Shown one piece after another: positions 30,538-49,120 of a stretch of DNA of 64,000 nucleotides. This DNA comes from the human T2T-CHM13v2.0 reference genome, Homo sapiens, in NCBI RefSeq assembly GCF_009914755.1, contig NC_060938.1, one strand, 5' to 3'. The translations under genes were made by a program, and so were the position numbers. The number at the start of each line of letters is the position of its first letter. Within the stretch, counting starts at the first letter, position 1. The notes under the pieces are model-generated. The model did no database searches, was not told the origin of the DNA, and worked only from the letters and a program-made list of their open reading frames with translations.

Positions 30538-31174
30538 GCAAGAAATGGCTGCCAGTCTCAAGGAACCTCCAAGCTCGAAAGACAGGAATGTCCCATGCAC
30601 AAATCACTATCATGCAAGGCAGTGTATGGTGGGTGCAGTGGGCCTCTCTGCCACACACATTAAACACTGGTTTGCCCTTTTTATTCCCTGTGCACTCCCT
30701 GTGGGATGGCTGCTTCTCCGTGGTTTCAACCCCATCTACACTCTGATGACTCCCAGGTCTTTCCCAGGATGAAGGCATAACCAGCTTCCTGCCACTCACA
30801 GGACACGCTCAGTGAGGCCCACGCTGGGTCCATCATTTTCTCCACTGCCCTGTTCTTGGAAGGGGCCTCCTCACCTGCCCAATCATTCATGTCAATGGCT
30901 GGCCTTCAGCTTTCACCCACATCTTCATCCACAGCGTCCAGTTAATTTCCAAGTTCTACCATTTTCAACTCTAAGTATTTCCTACATCCATCTCCTCCTC
31001 TTCAGCTCTCTTGCCAGCACCCTAGATGGGCTTGGTCAAGAGCTCCTTCCCAGAGTCAGTGCAACAGCCTCCTCCTGGGCTGCTTCCTGTCTCCATCTTA
31101 CTATCCTCAAAGCCATCCTCTAAACAGAAATCTAACCCAGTCACACCCTGCTGCAAATGCTTCCATGGTTCTCC

Positions 31175-31265
31175 AATCATCCACCCATCCATCCATCTGT
31201 TCATCCATCCATTCAAGCATCCATCATCCATTCATCCATCCATCCACCCAAGTATTCATTCATAC
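31175..31265. repeat. (CATC)n simple repeat at an L2 tail
   Basis: catccatccatc units followed by cattcatacagcaaatactcaccgagtg (L2 3' end-like). Confidence 0.8.
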
Positions 31266-31751
31266 AGCAAATACTCACCGAGTGTCTATTATATGGAAGG
31301 CACAACACTAGACACTGGCCCCTAGTAACAAGTGGTTTTTAGTCTTAAGGCGGAGGAGAGAAGATAAGTGAAACAAGCTCACAAAGAGAGCGCAGGATTT
31401 TGTGAGGATTCACGGGTGGGGGCCTCACCCTGTCAGGAAAGGCCTTCCTGAGCATCGGCAGTTACAGTAAGATCAGAAGAAAGAGGAAGTGCTGCCGAAG
31501 CAGAGGAGAGTTTCTACCTGTGGAAAATGTGTGGAAACAGACGAAATGCAAGAGGAAGAGAAGGGGCAGCTCTGCGGAACTGAAAGTAGGTTGGTGTGAC
31601 TGGATCTAAATAAGAGGTAGGCAGGGCGAGAGAGGAAACAGTGTGAAGCTGTAGAACTGGCAAGTAATTACAAGGGAGGTGGGGAACAACCAGGGGCAAA
31701 TTGGAGATTTTTCTTGGTGCCTGGTCCTTATAGCCTCCCCAGAATTATTTG

Positions 31752-32180
31752 TTGGATGGATGGTGGAGAGGTGGGAGGGTGAATGAGTAAATGGAGGGAT
31801 AGGGGTAGCCAGATAGATGGATGACTGGATGGCTGGACAGATGGATATATGGGCAGCTGGAGAGGTGAGTGGATAGATGGGTGGGTGGATGGATAAGTGG
31901 ATGGGTGAATGTGTAAATGGATGCATGGGTGAGGGGTAGAGGGATAGAGGGATGAGTGAATGGGTAGACAGATGGACGTATGGGTGGGTGGATAGGTGAG
32001 CTGATGGAAGGGTGGGTGGGTGGGTGGGTGGATAAGTGGATGGGTGAATGTGTAAATGGATGCACAGGTGAGGGGAAGATGGATAGATGGATGAGGGAAT
32101 GGGTGGCAGATGGATTATGGGTGGGTGGATAGGTGAGTAGGTGAGTAGGTGAGTGAGTGGATAGGTAAGTGGTGGGGGGT
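31752..32180. repeat. (GGAT/GGGT)-rich repeat with ~139-bp higher-order period
   Basis: ggataagtggatgggtgaatgtgtaaatggatgca at 31891 and again at 32030. Confidence 0.9.
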
Positions 32181-33707
32181 TGAGGCTGGGTGCTGGGACA
32201 GTGAGGATATCATTAATAGAAACAGGAAAGTGAGGAGGAGGAATCACCGTGGTCCCCTCTCTGCTCAGCCTGCCTGAGCTGGTCTGAGGGTCCTGATTTT
32301 TCACCAGTGCCTTCCCTTCTACTGTTCCCTGAGGACAGGCACCCCCAGATGGAAACTCTGACTTGCCCTCTACCTCATCTCCACAGGAACCTTCCTCCTC
32401 AAAAATCAAAGAACACAGTGGATGCGAAAATATTCCATAAATGGAAAAACGTAGATGTAGAGAAGAACTAAGCCACATCTGTCGAGGGCCCTGCACTTGC
32501 CAGGCAAGTTTCTGAATGTCTGTTCTCTCTTTCAACACCACTCTCATCAGCTCCCACTTTACAGATAAAGAAACTGAGGCTCAGAGAGATGAACCAACCT
32601 GCTGAAGTCTCTGCAGTTGAGATGCGGCAGGCCAGGTCTGGAACTCGGACTGGTCCATACTTTCCTTCATGCTGTGCTGACTATCATGATCATCCCAGAA
32701 CCACCACCCTCAAGCCCCCAGCTCAGCCAAGCTCCAGTCCTCACAGATGCTGCAGCAATGGCCACCAGGCTTGGTCCTGGCCTGGCCCCTTCACCTGGAC
32801 TATGCTTTAGCAGGTCAACCATGTTTTCAACGCCCACTGAGGAAAACCAGCCACGTGGCCAGTCCGTAGTTTGGGAAGGCATTGGAGAAAAGAATCAAAA
32901 TAACACTTTATTACCCAGCTAAAAAATTGAGAAAAACTATAGAGTGACTCAACGCCTGAAAGCAAATCTTTAGCAAATGCAAATCAGCATAGAGGTCTCT
33001 GAGGACTTTAATGACCAAGAGAAATTAAGCTCCCAACAGGAAGGAAAGGCCTCTCTGACTAAGCTAGGAGTCTCTTGCATGTCCCAAGTCAGAAGGCGGA
33101 GGTGCCTAAATGCTGGATTCCAGCTGGCACATAAATAGTGATCTAACTCGCCCCCCCTTTCGTGCAGCACACACCGGCACGCACACAGACAGTTACTCAT
33201 GGTGCCAGGGCTGCTCACGGAACCCCAAACCCACAAGAGCTGGGGAGTTTCCCCAGGGCCCAGCTTCCTTTTCCTTCAGTTGGCCAAACCTCTGCATGCT
33301 TTAAGCAAGGCTGTTTCATTTTCTGAAAGTGCTTTATTTTTCCCTCTGAGGAGAGGGGAAAAATCAGGATGCATTTTTCCTTAGTCCCCATTTTCCCCCC
33401 AGATCGCCTCACTCCAGCAACAACGTGGACCATAGCATCTCACTTCTAGAACCCTTGTCACTGTTTCAAAGGTCAGTCCCATCTGGGCCCACGAAGTCCC
33501 TGTGAGTCAGGTGGGCTGGCATTGCTAAGCCATTTCTCAGAACCTGAAGCCCAGAGAGGCTAATGCAGGGAGGCTCAAACTCACACAGTCAGTTGGGGTG
33601 GATCTGAATCCAGAACCCACGTGTCTAGGCACCAACTTGCTGCCTTTGAGCTTTTTGGATCACAAGCAATAGCAAGAAATACACCTGACATCGCGACCCA
33701 GAACACA

Positions 33708-33739
<32 letters not shown>
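33708..33739. repeat. (CA)n microsatellite
   Basis: About 15 CA units. Confidence 0.95.
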
Positions 33740-33740
<1 letters not shown>

Positions 33741-33778
33741 CTGTACAAAGCAACAAACTTCCCCAAAGCAATACTTAC

Positions 33779-34300
33779 CCTACTTCTTGCCACGCACTCT
33801 GATCATTTCTATTCTATTTCAATTTTTTAAATGCAGGTCATGAGCTATGAAGTTGATTTACTGACCCATGAATGGGTCACAACCCGCAGTTTGGAAACAG
33901 CTGGATGGACCCCCACCTGTGCTTTCCAGCTTCTCCTAGAGCCTCAGGGCCCCAGGAAGGCAGTGTGGTCTCTGCAACCAGGTGAGGAGCAGGCAGCTGC
34001 TGAAATCAGGATGGAGGGAGTCCTCTGAGGGGGGACTCTGAAACGAGTCCTCTCTGACTCTGCCTGCCCCAGCTAGGCTCTGCCTTCAAACCTCAAACAG
34101 CTGGGCTTCCTGCAGAGGCTCTGCAGGAGCCTGGGCACCCTTGCAGCCACGATCCCAGCTCTCCCTCCAGCGACTTCCCGCAGCCTGAACCTCCCAGCTC
34201 CGCTTAGAAAATCCCCAGCTGGAGGCTGCCCATTCCCGAGCTGAGGCAGAATCATGTGAACTCCAATCTGGTGTCAGGCTGGGCGGTTGCCGAGGAACCA
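33779..34300 (-). other. GPR68: Candidate proximal non-coding first exon of GPR68 (5' boundary uncertain)
   Basis: Consensus donor AGG|GTAAGT at 33779/33778 on -; moderately CpG-containing upstream region 34150-34400. Confidence 0.5.
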
Positions 34301-35254
34301 CTCGCCAGCCAGAGGCTGAGGGCGGCGGAATGGCTCTCTCCACGCATCTTCCTCTGCTCTCCATGCAACCCAGAGTCAGTGAGCAGCCTCGCTGGGAATG
34401 TGAAAGCCTGAGCTAGGGGCAGGTGCCCTCAGGACTGTGGTGGGGGGATACAGGAGGAGGGGGTGGGCTAATTCTAGCCACCTTTCAGCACCTACAGGAT
34501 ACCGGGATCCAGGCAAGGGTGGGGGAAGCCGCCAACATCTGGGTCACTGGGGCTCAACCCTGGCCATGTGCATGAGAACATACCTGGGAGCCTACAAAAA
34601 AAATACCAGTGCCCGGGCCCCACCCGGGGCTGGTTAAATCATGCTTCCTGGAAGTGACGTGCCAGCATCAGTGGCTCTAAAGCTCCCTGGACTGTTCTAA
34701 AGTGCAGTGAAGGTGGGCAGCCACGGATGTGGTGAAGCAGGTAGGATCCTGTTTGGCAGAGCAGCAGAGCGAAGGCAGTGGAGCTAAGGCTCTGGGCATC
34801 AGTAAGGATAGGGCGGGCATCAATGTTTTCAACTGTGTCGGTCCCCAGAGAAGGAATCAAGCCCAGGGCTCTGGCCCCGGGGGCCCTTCTGGCTCTCAGG
34901 AGCACTTACTAAACTCCCTCCCTCACACACATAACACGGAGGATGGAAAGGCCCAGCATTTTGGCGTAACCACCTCCCTCCAAGGCAGACTCCTTGGAAG
35001 CTGATTATAAGCTACGTTGCCAGAGCCAGGAAGCCAACAGATACGGTGCATGGGGCCACTGGGGGTGCGAGTCCTTCCTGCTGGAAGTGGCCAGAGCCCT
35101 GTGCTTGGTCCCTGCTCTGGGGACCAACACAGTTTAAAACACTGATGCCCATCTTATTCATGCCAAGAGCCTTGGCTCCACTGCCCTCACTCTGTTGGTA
35201 GGGGGTCTAAGGAAATCCCCTTCAGTGGGGCCTGGGCCCTCCAAGCAAATGCTA

Positions 35255-35580
<326 letters not shown>

Positions 35581-36230
35581 GTTTCCTACGTCAGTTGCTT
35601 CTTGCAGGCCTTATGTTACGAGCAAAGGCTTCAGCTTGTTGTGGTGCAGTAGCGTGCATTTAGACACACGTGCTACTTCTGAGTTGCGGAAGTGTGGCTG
35701 GCTTTCCCTGATGTCATATAGGAGGACGCGGGGTTAGGAGCACAGAACTGACTTAGCAGTGACTGCCTGGCTTACCCCTAGGACACAACCTGCCAGAGAG
35801 AGCACCTCTGGCCCTCTACGGGGTGGCCTGTCCTAACAGGGTGTGCACACACCGGCCGTCTACACCATCATCGTCTATACCTGCAGGAACCACTAATGGC
35901 ATGGAGTCCCCTCCCGCCTCCAGCCCTGCCAGGGGCTGGCAAGCTGCCCCAGCCCCTCTGCTGGCAGCATGTGCCCTACTGCACCTGGAGTAAGGACCAT
36001 GCCTTTGGGATGAAGGAGAGGTGAAACTTTCTTTGGTTTTACTCAAATTGGCTGAGCCCAGGTCTTTGTGAAATGCTAGCTCAGTAAGAGAAAAAAGAGC
36101 CCATGCTCTCTCATGTGCTTGGCCCTCAAGGGGTTAGAAAATAGCCTGGAGTGGCTCAGTGCCAAGAGCTCCCTTTACCATTTCCTGAGCATTTGCTTTG
36201 CACCAGGTGCTGTGCCCATCCTTTGTTTAA

Positions 36231-36833
<603 letters not shown>

Positions 36834-37275
36834 GAAACAACATCGATTTCTTATCTTGCAGTTTTGGAGGTCAAAAGCATGACATCGATCTTACTGGCTA
36901 AAATCAAAACTGCAGTCTGCAGGGCCGCATTCTTTCTTGAGGCTCTAAAATCCATTTCCTTGTCTTTCCAGCTTCTAGAGACTTCTAGCATACTTTGGCT
37001 TGTGGCATCTTCCATCTTCAAAGCCTACAGCAGTCAACTGAGTCCTTCTCACATCACATCTCCTCTTCTGACTCTCATGTTCCCTCTTCCACTTCAAAGG
37101 GTCCTTGCTTGTGACAATGCTGGATCACTCCTTACTTTAAGGTCAGCTGATTAGGAGTCTTAATTCCACCTGCTGCCTTAATCCCCCTTTGCCACGTAAG
37201 GTAACGCAGTGGCAGGTTCTGGGGATTAAGAACTGGGCCTCTTTAGAGAGGGCATTATTCTGCCTCCCACACCCA
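36834..37275 (-). mobile_element. MaLR (MLT1) LTR fragment
   Basis: gaaacaacatcgatttcttatcttgcagttttggaggtc...ttgccacgtaaggtaac..ggttctggggattaag. Confidence 0.75.
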
Positions 37276-37310
37276 CCATGTGATACTTACTTAAAACCCT
37301 GTATAGTGCT

Positions 37311-39366
<2,056 letters not shown>

Positions 39367-40329
39367 CATCATTGTATTTTAATATTCACCAATGTAATGC
39401 ATGGAAATATGTGTGACTATTGGTTAATGCCTATCTTCCCCTTTACACAGGAAGCTGCCTGGGGAAGGAGGAGCTGGGTCTATTTTGTTCTTTGCTAGGC
39501 ACCGTGCACACCAAAAACATGCCGAACGTTTGGGTGAATAAATGAATCTAAATTCTGCTTCTTCCTGTAGCCTGCTGGGAAGGCCAGCGTGGCTAAAATT
39601 GAAGTCAGAAACTAACAATCTGGTGGAAACAGTCAGGATATAGGATGAGGCAACAAGAAGAGGCTTGGTTTGGACTCTCAGGGTGTGAGTGAGTGGCCTT
39701 ACGTGGAAGTGCATTTCCTGGTGCTGAACCGGGGACTTGCAGCCAGGAGAGTCTGTGGTCTGAGAAGGTCTGAGCTGCCTGGGGCATCTCTCCTGTCTGC
39801 AGCCGCAGCACAGACCACAGACCTGGAGGTTGCCATGGCAACCCCTGTGGCCTACTGCCCCCACTGGCTGCAGAGTGCTCCAGCCCATCAATTAATAACC
39901 TAATAATGTATGACAACAGTCACTCCAAACACACAGGAAGCAGCCCTCTTGAAAAATAAACAGACTTCTCCAGCGACTTGAGAGCTTCAAATATGCTCAT
40001 TACACTCAACCCCGGGCCACCTGCCCAAACCTATTTTCTTGAATCCAAATTGCTCTCTTGTTGGCTTCTCCCTCTTGTTTGTCCCCAGGGTTGACAAAGC
40101 TGGGGATTGAAGCCTCAGAGGTTCCAGGGAAAATGATGCTAGAGAGGCCACTGGGTAGGATGCTTGCTCCCTTAGCCCTGTGTCAGGCCCAGAGATACTG
40201 ATTCTGACCAAAATGGACTGTGATAAGGCCCATGTCTGTCTCTGCAGGTCCTTCTCCTGGGAGAAACACTTCAACTTTTGCAAAAGATTCATTAATTCAT
40301 CACCATGGCACCCAGAAAAAAAAAATGCA

Positions 40330-41210
<881 letters not shown>

Positions 41211-41765
41211 ATTATTTGTCTCCCCAAATCACTTTAGGGCCTATCATGTGCTGGATTCATTCATATAATTATTTGATTTCAATTTTTATAACAATTCCTT
41301 GAGGTGTAGGTATTATCATCTCCACTCTCCCTATGAGATAGTGAGACTCAGAAAGTTAAAATATCTTGTTTGAGGCCAACCAGCTAGGAAAGATGAAACA
41401 GGAATTCTGATGCTAAAGCTCATTCCTCTACCACCATCATCATCATCCTCACCGTGGCTGGTGCCAAGTGCTCCTCCTTCCCTCAGGGGTCTTCAGTCAC
41501 CAGCCCCTCTTTGGGTCCACCCACTGAAGTCCACCAACCTCTGGACACCTTCACACTTTACATTTGCTGCCTTGAACCTGTTTTCCACTTTGTTTCCTGT
41601 TAGCTGAGTCTTCTCTTCTGACAGTGTGCACCTTACCCAGAAGCGTGTGGTATGACAGTAATAATAAAAGTGGGCGGAGCTGACATTCAGAGGACATTGC
41701 AAGGCTTTCAAGGTCGGATTTCACCTGTGCAATCCCATAACCGCCCTACTATGTTGCCCATTTCA

Positions 41766-42149
<384 letters not shown>

Positions 42150-42699
42150 TTAGACTATCTGGTTCTGGAACTGGGCTGGCAAGTGAAAAGCCCACAGTCC
42201 ACAGCATCCTCACTGTGCAGCCCCACTTCCACTGTTGAGCTCAGGAATTTGTTTCCCTCCCTCCTTTTGGAAGCGATCCTGTGTGTGCAGGTAGGGGCAG
42301 AGGGAGTAAAGCCAAACGTAACTATAGCATCTCAGATTTGCAGACTCTCAAACCAGCCTCACACCTCAGTGAGGTGACAATGGCTAACATTTTCATCTCA
42401 GTTTTACAGAGGCCCAGCCACAGCAGGTGACCTGCGCAAAGCTACACAGCCTCTGGCTCCAAGGCAGGGCTCTCTCCCCTGCCTGTGCCCTCTCGCCACC
42501 GCAGCCCCTGTTCTCCAGCTGGGGGACCACCCAGAGGACCACCTGGACCCTGCTGCCTCCGTTGGGCCATTTGCTTGGCGGAGTAGTTGGGGGGTGGGGG
42601 GCCTGCAACCTAGGACCCCACCTGGCGCTGCCCCAGCCCACCGAGCAGTGAGCCAGCTCTCCCCTCATCGGTGGCAGGGGGAGCTGTCGGGATCTCAGG

Positions 42700-43450
42700 G
42701 CTGCCCTGAGGGGCCGCGCAGATCTGGGGGATGTAAAGGCCCAAACGGACTCGGAATGGCCGGTGCGGCCGGGCTCTGGGAAATGAAGGGCTCGCGGTGT
42801 CTCGCACTTTTTGTGGGGGCGGGAGTAATTACCAGGTGGCCGCGGAGCCAGCCGAGGGGGCGGCTGCTAACCCGGGCGGCGACCGCAGGCGGAGACGCCC
42901 CGCCCGGGACAGAGACCGGGCCGCGCCGGCGCTCGCGGACAGACACCCGCGGTCCCGGCCGCTGCCGCGTCTCCCGCCCCCGCCACGCCCCGGCGGCCTC
43001 GCTTGGGGCGCGCCCCCGCCTCGCACGCGCACGCGCCTGCACCCGCACTGGCCCGCCCGGTTCCCCCGCGCTCGCGGGGCCGCTCCGGGGGAGGTGCCGA
43101 GACCCGGCCTTGGCCCGCGCGCGGTTTCCGGGGTCCGGCGCGCCGGGGACCCACAGGCGAGGCGAGAGAAAGGGGTTGGCTCGCGGGGACACCTACCTGC
43201 GCGGCGCGGGGCTGTGGCGCCGGCCACCATTACCCCGCGCCCCTCCTCTTGCCAGCGCGCACGCAGATGGCGGGGTGGCCTGGGGAGGTCTTCGGGTCCC
43301 TTCCTGGGAACGCAGGGCCAAGTTGTGCTCCGATTCCACGCCCCCCCCACCCACGTCGGGCACACGCAGCCCTGAGTGAGGGTCCATGCCCTGCCTTTCA
43401 CGCTGACCACAGCCCCTAGGCTTGGCGCCTGCCGGGAAGGGCCGCAATGG
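42700..43450. promoter_or_regulatory. GPR68: CpG island / GPR68 promoter with candidate non-coding first exon (donor CAG|GTAGGT, exon end 43197 on -)
   Basis: Very high GC and CpG density, several GGGCGG boxes; good minus-strand donor. Confidence 0.75.
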
Positions 43451-45717
43451 CTCAGGGACCCCTGCCCCCACTACCATCCTGCCCTGGGGGGACAGGCTCT
43501 AGAACACTGCGTGGGGCTCAGAGTGGGCCTAGCTGTAAAAGGACAGGGGTCCTTCTCCAGCCACGCCCACTCCCGGGTGCCCTGGCTGTCAGCAGCCTCT
43601 CACCACAACCGCAGGGTGAGAAGCCCAGAGAACAGTCCAGGAGTAGCCCTTCTGTCCTTTACCACGTCCGTGTGCCCAGCACGGGCAAATCAGTAGCCAC
43701 GCAATAAATGAAGTGCGGTGTTGCAGCTCTGGGCCTCTCTGCACCTGCCCTGACCTCAGCCTGTCCAGCCCAGCCTGGGGATCTGCACTTAGGTTTGCAG
43801 CCTCCTGGGTCCCTGCCCGGTGCTCCTCAGAGCCGGAGCCTGTCTGCCGCAGGGATGGCTTAGAGGACCTCCTACTGACCTTCTTGATAATTCAAGGAGG
43901 CCTTAGGCCCCTCTGCCCCACATCCTCACAGATAATAGTAATAATAGTCCCAGCCCGCATCTATTGAGCACAGCTGTGTGCTGGGCTCTGTTGTTAAGTA
44001 CTTAATTACATTAACTCATTTGATGTTCAGGGCTCTATGATGTAGACAGTATTGTTATTCCCATCTTATACATGGGGGAATGAGGCACAGAGAGGGCAAA
44101 CAACTTGCCCAAGGTCACACAGGTGGTACGTAGAGGCCTCGGGATTCAAATCCAGGCAGTTGGGTACAGAAGCCCTCCTCCTACCCACATCCTGTCCCAA
44201 GCCACCCTTGGCTGTTTCCTTCTGCTCTTTCACAATTGCATACCTTGGCTCCTGTGGCCCTCCCCACTCTATAGACCTCCTGTTTCCCACCTCCTGAACT
44301 CCTGCCCCCATCTTAAGACCCCAAGTCACTTCCCCTAGGGAGCATTCTTGGTTGCCCCAGGTAATGTGTGCTGAACCCTGCTGTGTGCCCTTAGCCCCTT
44401 TCCCAGCATTGCACTGCCGCTGGGGTCGCTGGCACACAGCTGTCTCTCTACAGGGCCCTTGCTCTCAGCCCAGTTATCCTGCTCAAAGCAGGGTGCCCCC
44501 ATTCCTATTTGTGAAATGAATGTCTGGAACTGTCACGGCAAGAGTCTGCAGAAGGTTGGGCGGTTGTCAGGACAGATGGTTGCAGGTTAAGGATGAAGGG
44601 TGATTGGAACTGCAGGCAGGGGAGGTAGAAGGAGAAAGAGAGCAAACATCTCACCTTCTGCTAACCCCTCTAGGTGGCTCAGTGCTCCACACGGTGTGAC
44701 TTAGCCTCTAGGTGAATCTCCAGAAGGATGGACAGTGGGTAAGAGGACAGAAGGTGCCCTAGCGGGGGAAGGCCGGGGAGCAGGAGGAGGCAGAGAGAGG
44801 CACAGGGAGTGTGGAGGCGGGAGGATTTGCTTTTCTCACTGGGCACTACCCCAGCAACATCCCAGCAGGCTAAGAGGCTGGATAAGCCTCCTCTGCTGGT
44901 CTTCATTTTGAAATTCCTCCTTAGAAAGTCCTCACAAGTGGAATTTTCTGGGTTGACTATGCCATAAAAATTCACATCTGCTTTCTAAAAGTTGCCAAAC
45001 TGAATGTAGTTGTGAAGAGTTTGGCGTTGAAAGCCAGTGTCAGCATTTGAATTCCAGTTGTACTACGCGCTAGTAGGGTGACCCTGGACAAGTCTTTTAA
45101 CCTCTCTGTGCCTGTTTCCATCTGTGAAATGGAGACACATCTTCAAATGAGGGCTAAGATGATTACATGAGTTAAACCAAGTAAAGCCCTTAGCTCAATG
45201 CCCAGCACACATGAGGGTTCAATAGATGTTAGCTGTTATTATCACTGTCATTGGACATTCCAAATATCCTCTTATTTGCAGCTCTTATCATTTATTATTT
45301 ATTTATTTATTTTTGAAACAGGGTCTCACTTTGTCGTCCCCCAGAGTACAGTGGAGTACAGTGGCGGCTCACTGCAGGCTCAATTGCTCTTATCTTGTAA
45401 ATGCTTCCTGTGTCCTTAGTGCCTGTGCATGATCTCTTTTCATCTCCAAAACAAGTAGTTTTATTCTCTCCATTTCACAGATCAGGAAACTGAGGTTTCA
45501 TAAATTGCCTGAGGCCACTCAATTCCCAAGTGACTGAGCCAGGACTTGACAGGAGTTCTGACTCTGAAGCTGTTTCTTCCAATGATTCTGTTCTGCCTCG
45601 TCTTATCTCTCTAGGAAAGAGGTGGGCTGTTTTAAAGCTCATTGTCAGTTGCCAGATCGAGGACTCTGACTATCAGGAGTACAGAGCATGCCCTGTAGAA
45701 AATGTATTACAGAATGA

Positions 45718-46141
<424 letters not shown>

Positions 46142-48299
46142 ATGCCTCTCTTTTTTCACCCCACATTCTCCGTTTACAGGTGCCTAAACATATCCAGTGC
46201 CTTTCACAGTCTCAATGCTGTTAAATTAAAACAAAGTCACTTTTGATTCATGCTTCACTTTTTAGAGACAGACAGCATGGCTCTTATTATAGTTACTTAA
46301 AGATCTGGAACTGGCCAGTGGAGTCTGAGAAGCTTGGGCTGTTGCCAAAATACAGACTTGGGCATTTCTGGCCATGCTTTCCCTAAGAAAATGCTGGAGC
46401 TGGAGAACCATATAGAAATTCATCATACTGCTTGCAAAGTCACTTTTGACTGGATTTTGCTATGTTTCTTGGTGTCAAGATGTCCAGTCCTTGGCAGAGA
46501 CAGCAGAATTTGTTGTTTTGTAAATAAAACCTGGCTTTACAAGCAACAAAACAGCTCACTAATGGTAAATTAAGCACATATTGTCTTCCAGAACCTTCCT
46601 GAGCCTAGAGAATGTAAATTATGACCTACGCTTTTGAAATGCTGATTGGAAATGCTGCACTAATAACTATCTGTCTCGCCCACAGAAATTATCTCCCACA
46701 TTGGGCTGGGCTCCAGAGACATGGTCTGAAATTCACCACCCCCAGTGCCAGTGATGTTTGCATCCATTTCTTCTTTTCCAGTCACTTGTGGGATTTTCTT
46801 TTTATCCTGGCATCTGTAAAGGCAGAATCTCTACACAGAGCCTGAGGACAGCTCATTCACTGCATTTCCCCAGTGTCAAACCCAGAGTGACACACTGCAG
46901 GTGTCCAGAAAATGGCAGCCAAAGGAATGTGTGAAAGAGGCTCCTGCACCAGCAATGTGCTGCATACTTTCTATCCACCTATCCAGATCCAGTCTCCATC
47001 CCCCTACTCTAAGGATGATGTCACCCGGCACCCTGCCTTCCAGCGTCTGTTAGATTTGGGTGATAGGAAGCACTAACTGGAGATCAGAGGATGGGAGGAG
47101 AGTGAAGACCCGGCAGTATTTATCCACTCTGCCAGGGTCACTTCAGGTTGGCTGCCTCCCTCGGCTGAAGATGTCAGCTCAGTTCCTGTTGGAGTCCCTG
47201 TCCTGCACTTGTCTCTTCCTTCTTCCTGCAAGCCTAGGGCTAGTAACAGCTCCTGAGGCATGGCCGTCCCACCGTGTGGCACCATCCCTTAACCCTGTCC
47301 ACACCTTTGTGTTAAACTCTCATCAGTTACCCTGCTTGAGGGTGCCATCTGCTTCCTGCTGAGTCTGACTGATACAGAAACGGATGCATCAGATACATCC
47401 TCACTGCAAACTCATACTAATGGAAAAATGTGCATATATTTCAGAATGTGCACAGATGATCTACTTTTGAAAATCACTGTTTTTCCACTTCGTTCTTCCA
47501 ATTAGCACAGCTGGCTAGCCTTCGCGGAAATCTCTCTTTATCCCCTAAACAACAGAATGAGTCCCTACTTCCTCCCTCGGTTCTAGCGCCAGCTCATCTC
47601 AGTCTCTGCTCAGGCCCAAGCCTTCTCTTGCTGATCCACCCCTGTCCTGTGCTTCCCGTCACCATGAGCTTTCTAGAGCGGAGCACGCGGCTGCCGAATC
47701 AGGTCGGTAACTTTCCTTCTGGGAAATAATTGCCGATGCTGAGTCAAGCACCTCTCAGGACAGTTTCAGGCAGAAAGAGGCTGGTTTTCTTTCCTAAGAG
47801 TTATTGTTTCTGGCAACGACCACACTCCAGCAGGCTCAGGCCTGAGCTGATGAATGGGACAACCTGATGACCACCACAAAGTTGCGTCTGCTCCCATCCA
47901 GCTAATCCGAGGGCTCTCAGACAGACTGTGACTAATGGGGACATCTGAGGGCAGAACGTTCGAAGGCCAAGGAGGAACAAGTCCAGACAAAGTGTGAGCA
48001 CACACATCTGGAGGGCTGGGGAGCCCATGTCACATTCCTGGCTGGACTTTGGACTCCAGGAGGAAGGCTTCAGGTTGGGCTTGCTCAGGCTGAGGCAGTT
48101 TGGGAGAGTGGGAGTGCAGGGAACTTGGGCATCTGAATGCCCGGGTTTGAATTCCACATCTGTTGCTTTTTGGCTCTGAGAGCTCTGGCAAGTTATGTAG
48201 CCTCCCTGGGCCTTGGTTTCTGCTTCTTTAAAATGGGGTTAACAATGAAGATTGGTGTAAGAATCACATATAAAGGTGCTGTCAAGAAATCTGGTTGAA

Positions 48300-49120
<821 letters not shown>

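Noticed and set aside
31606-32547. 313-aa His/Pro-rich ORF (also ORFs at 10728-11267)
   Set aside because: Translation of (GGAT)n-type simple repeats
42594-43419. Several overlapping 140-260 aa Arg/Gly/Pro-rich ORFs (also 53636-54621)
   Set aside because: Stop-codon scarcity in CpG islands; open on both strands with low-complexity composition
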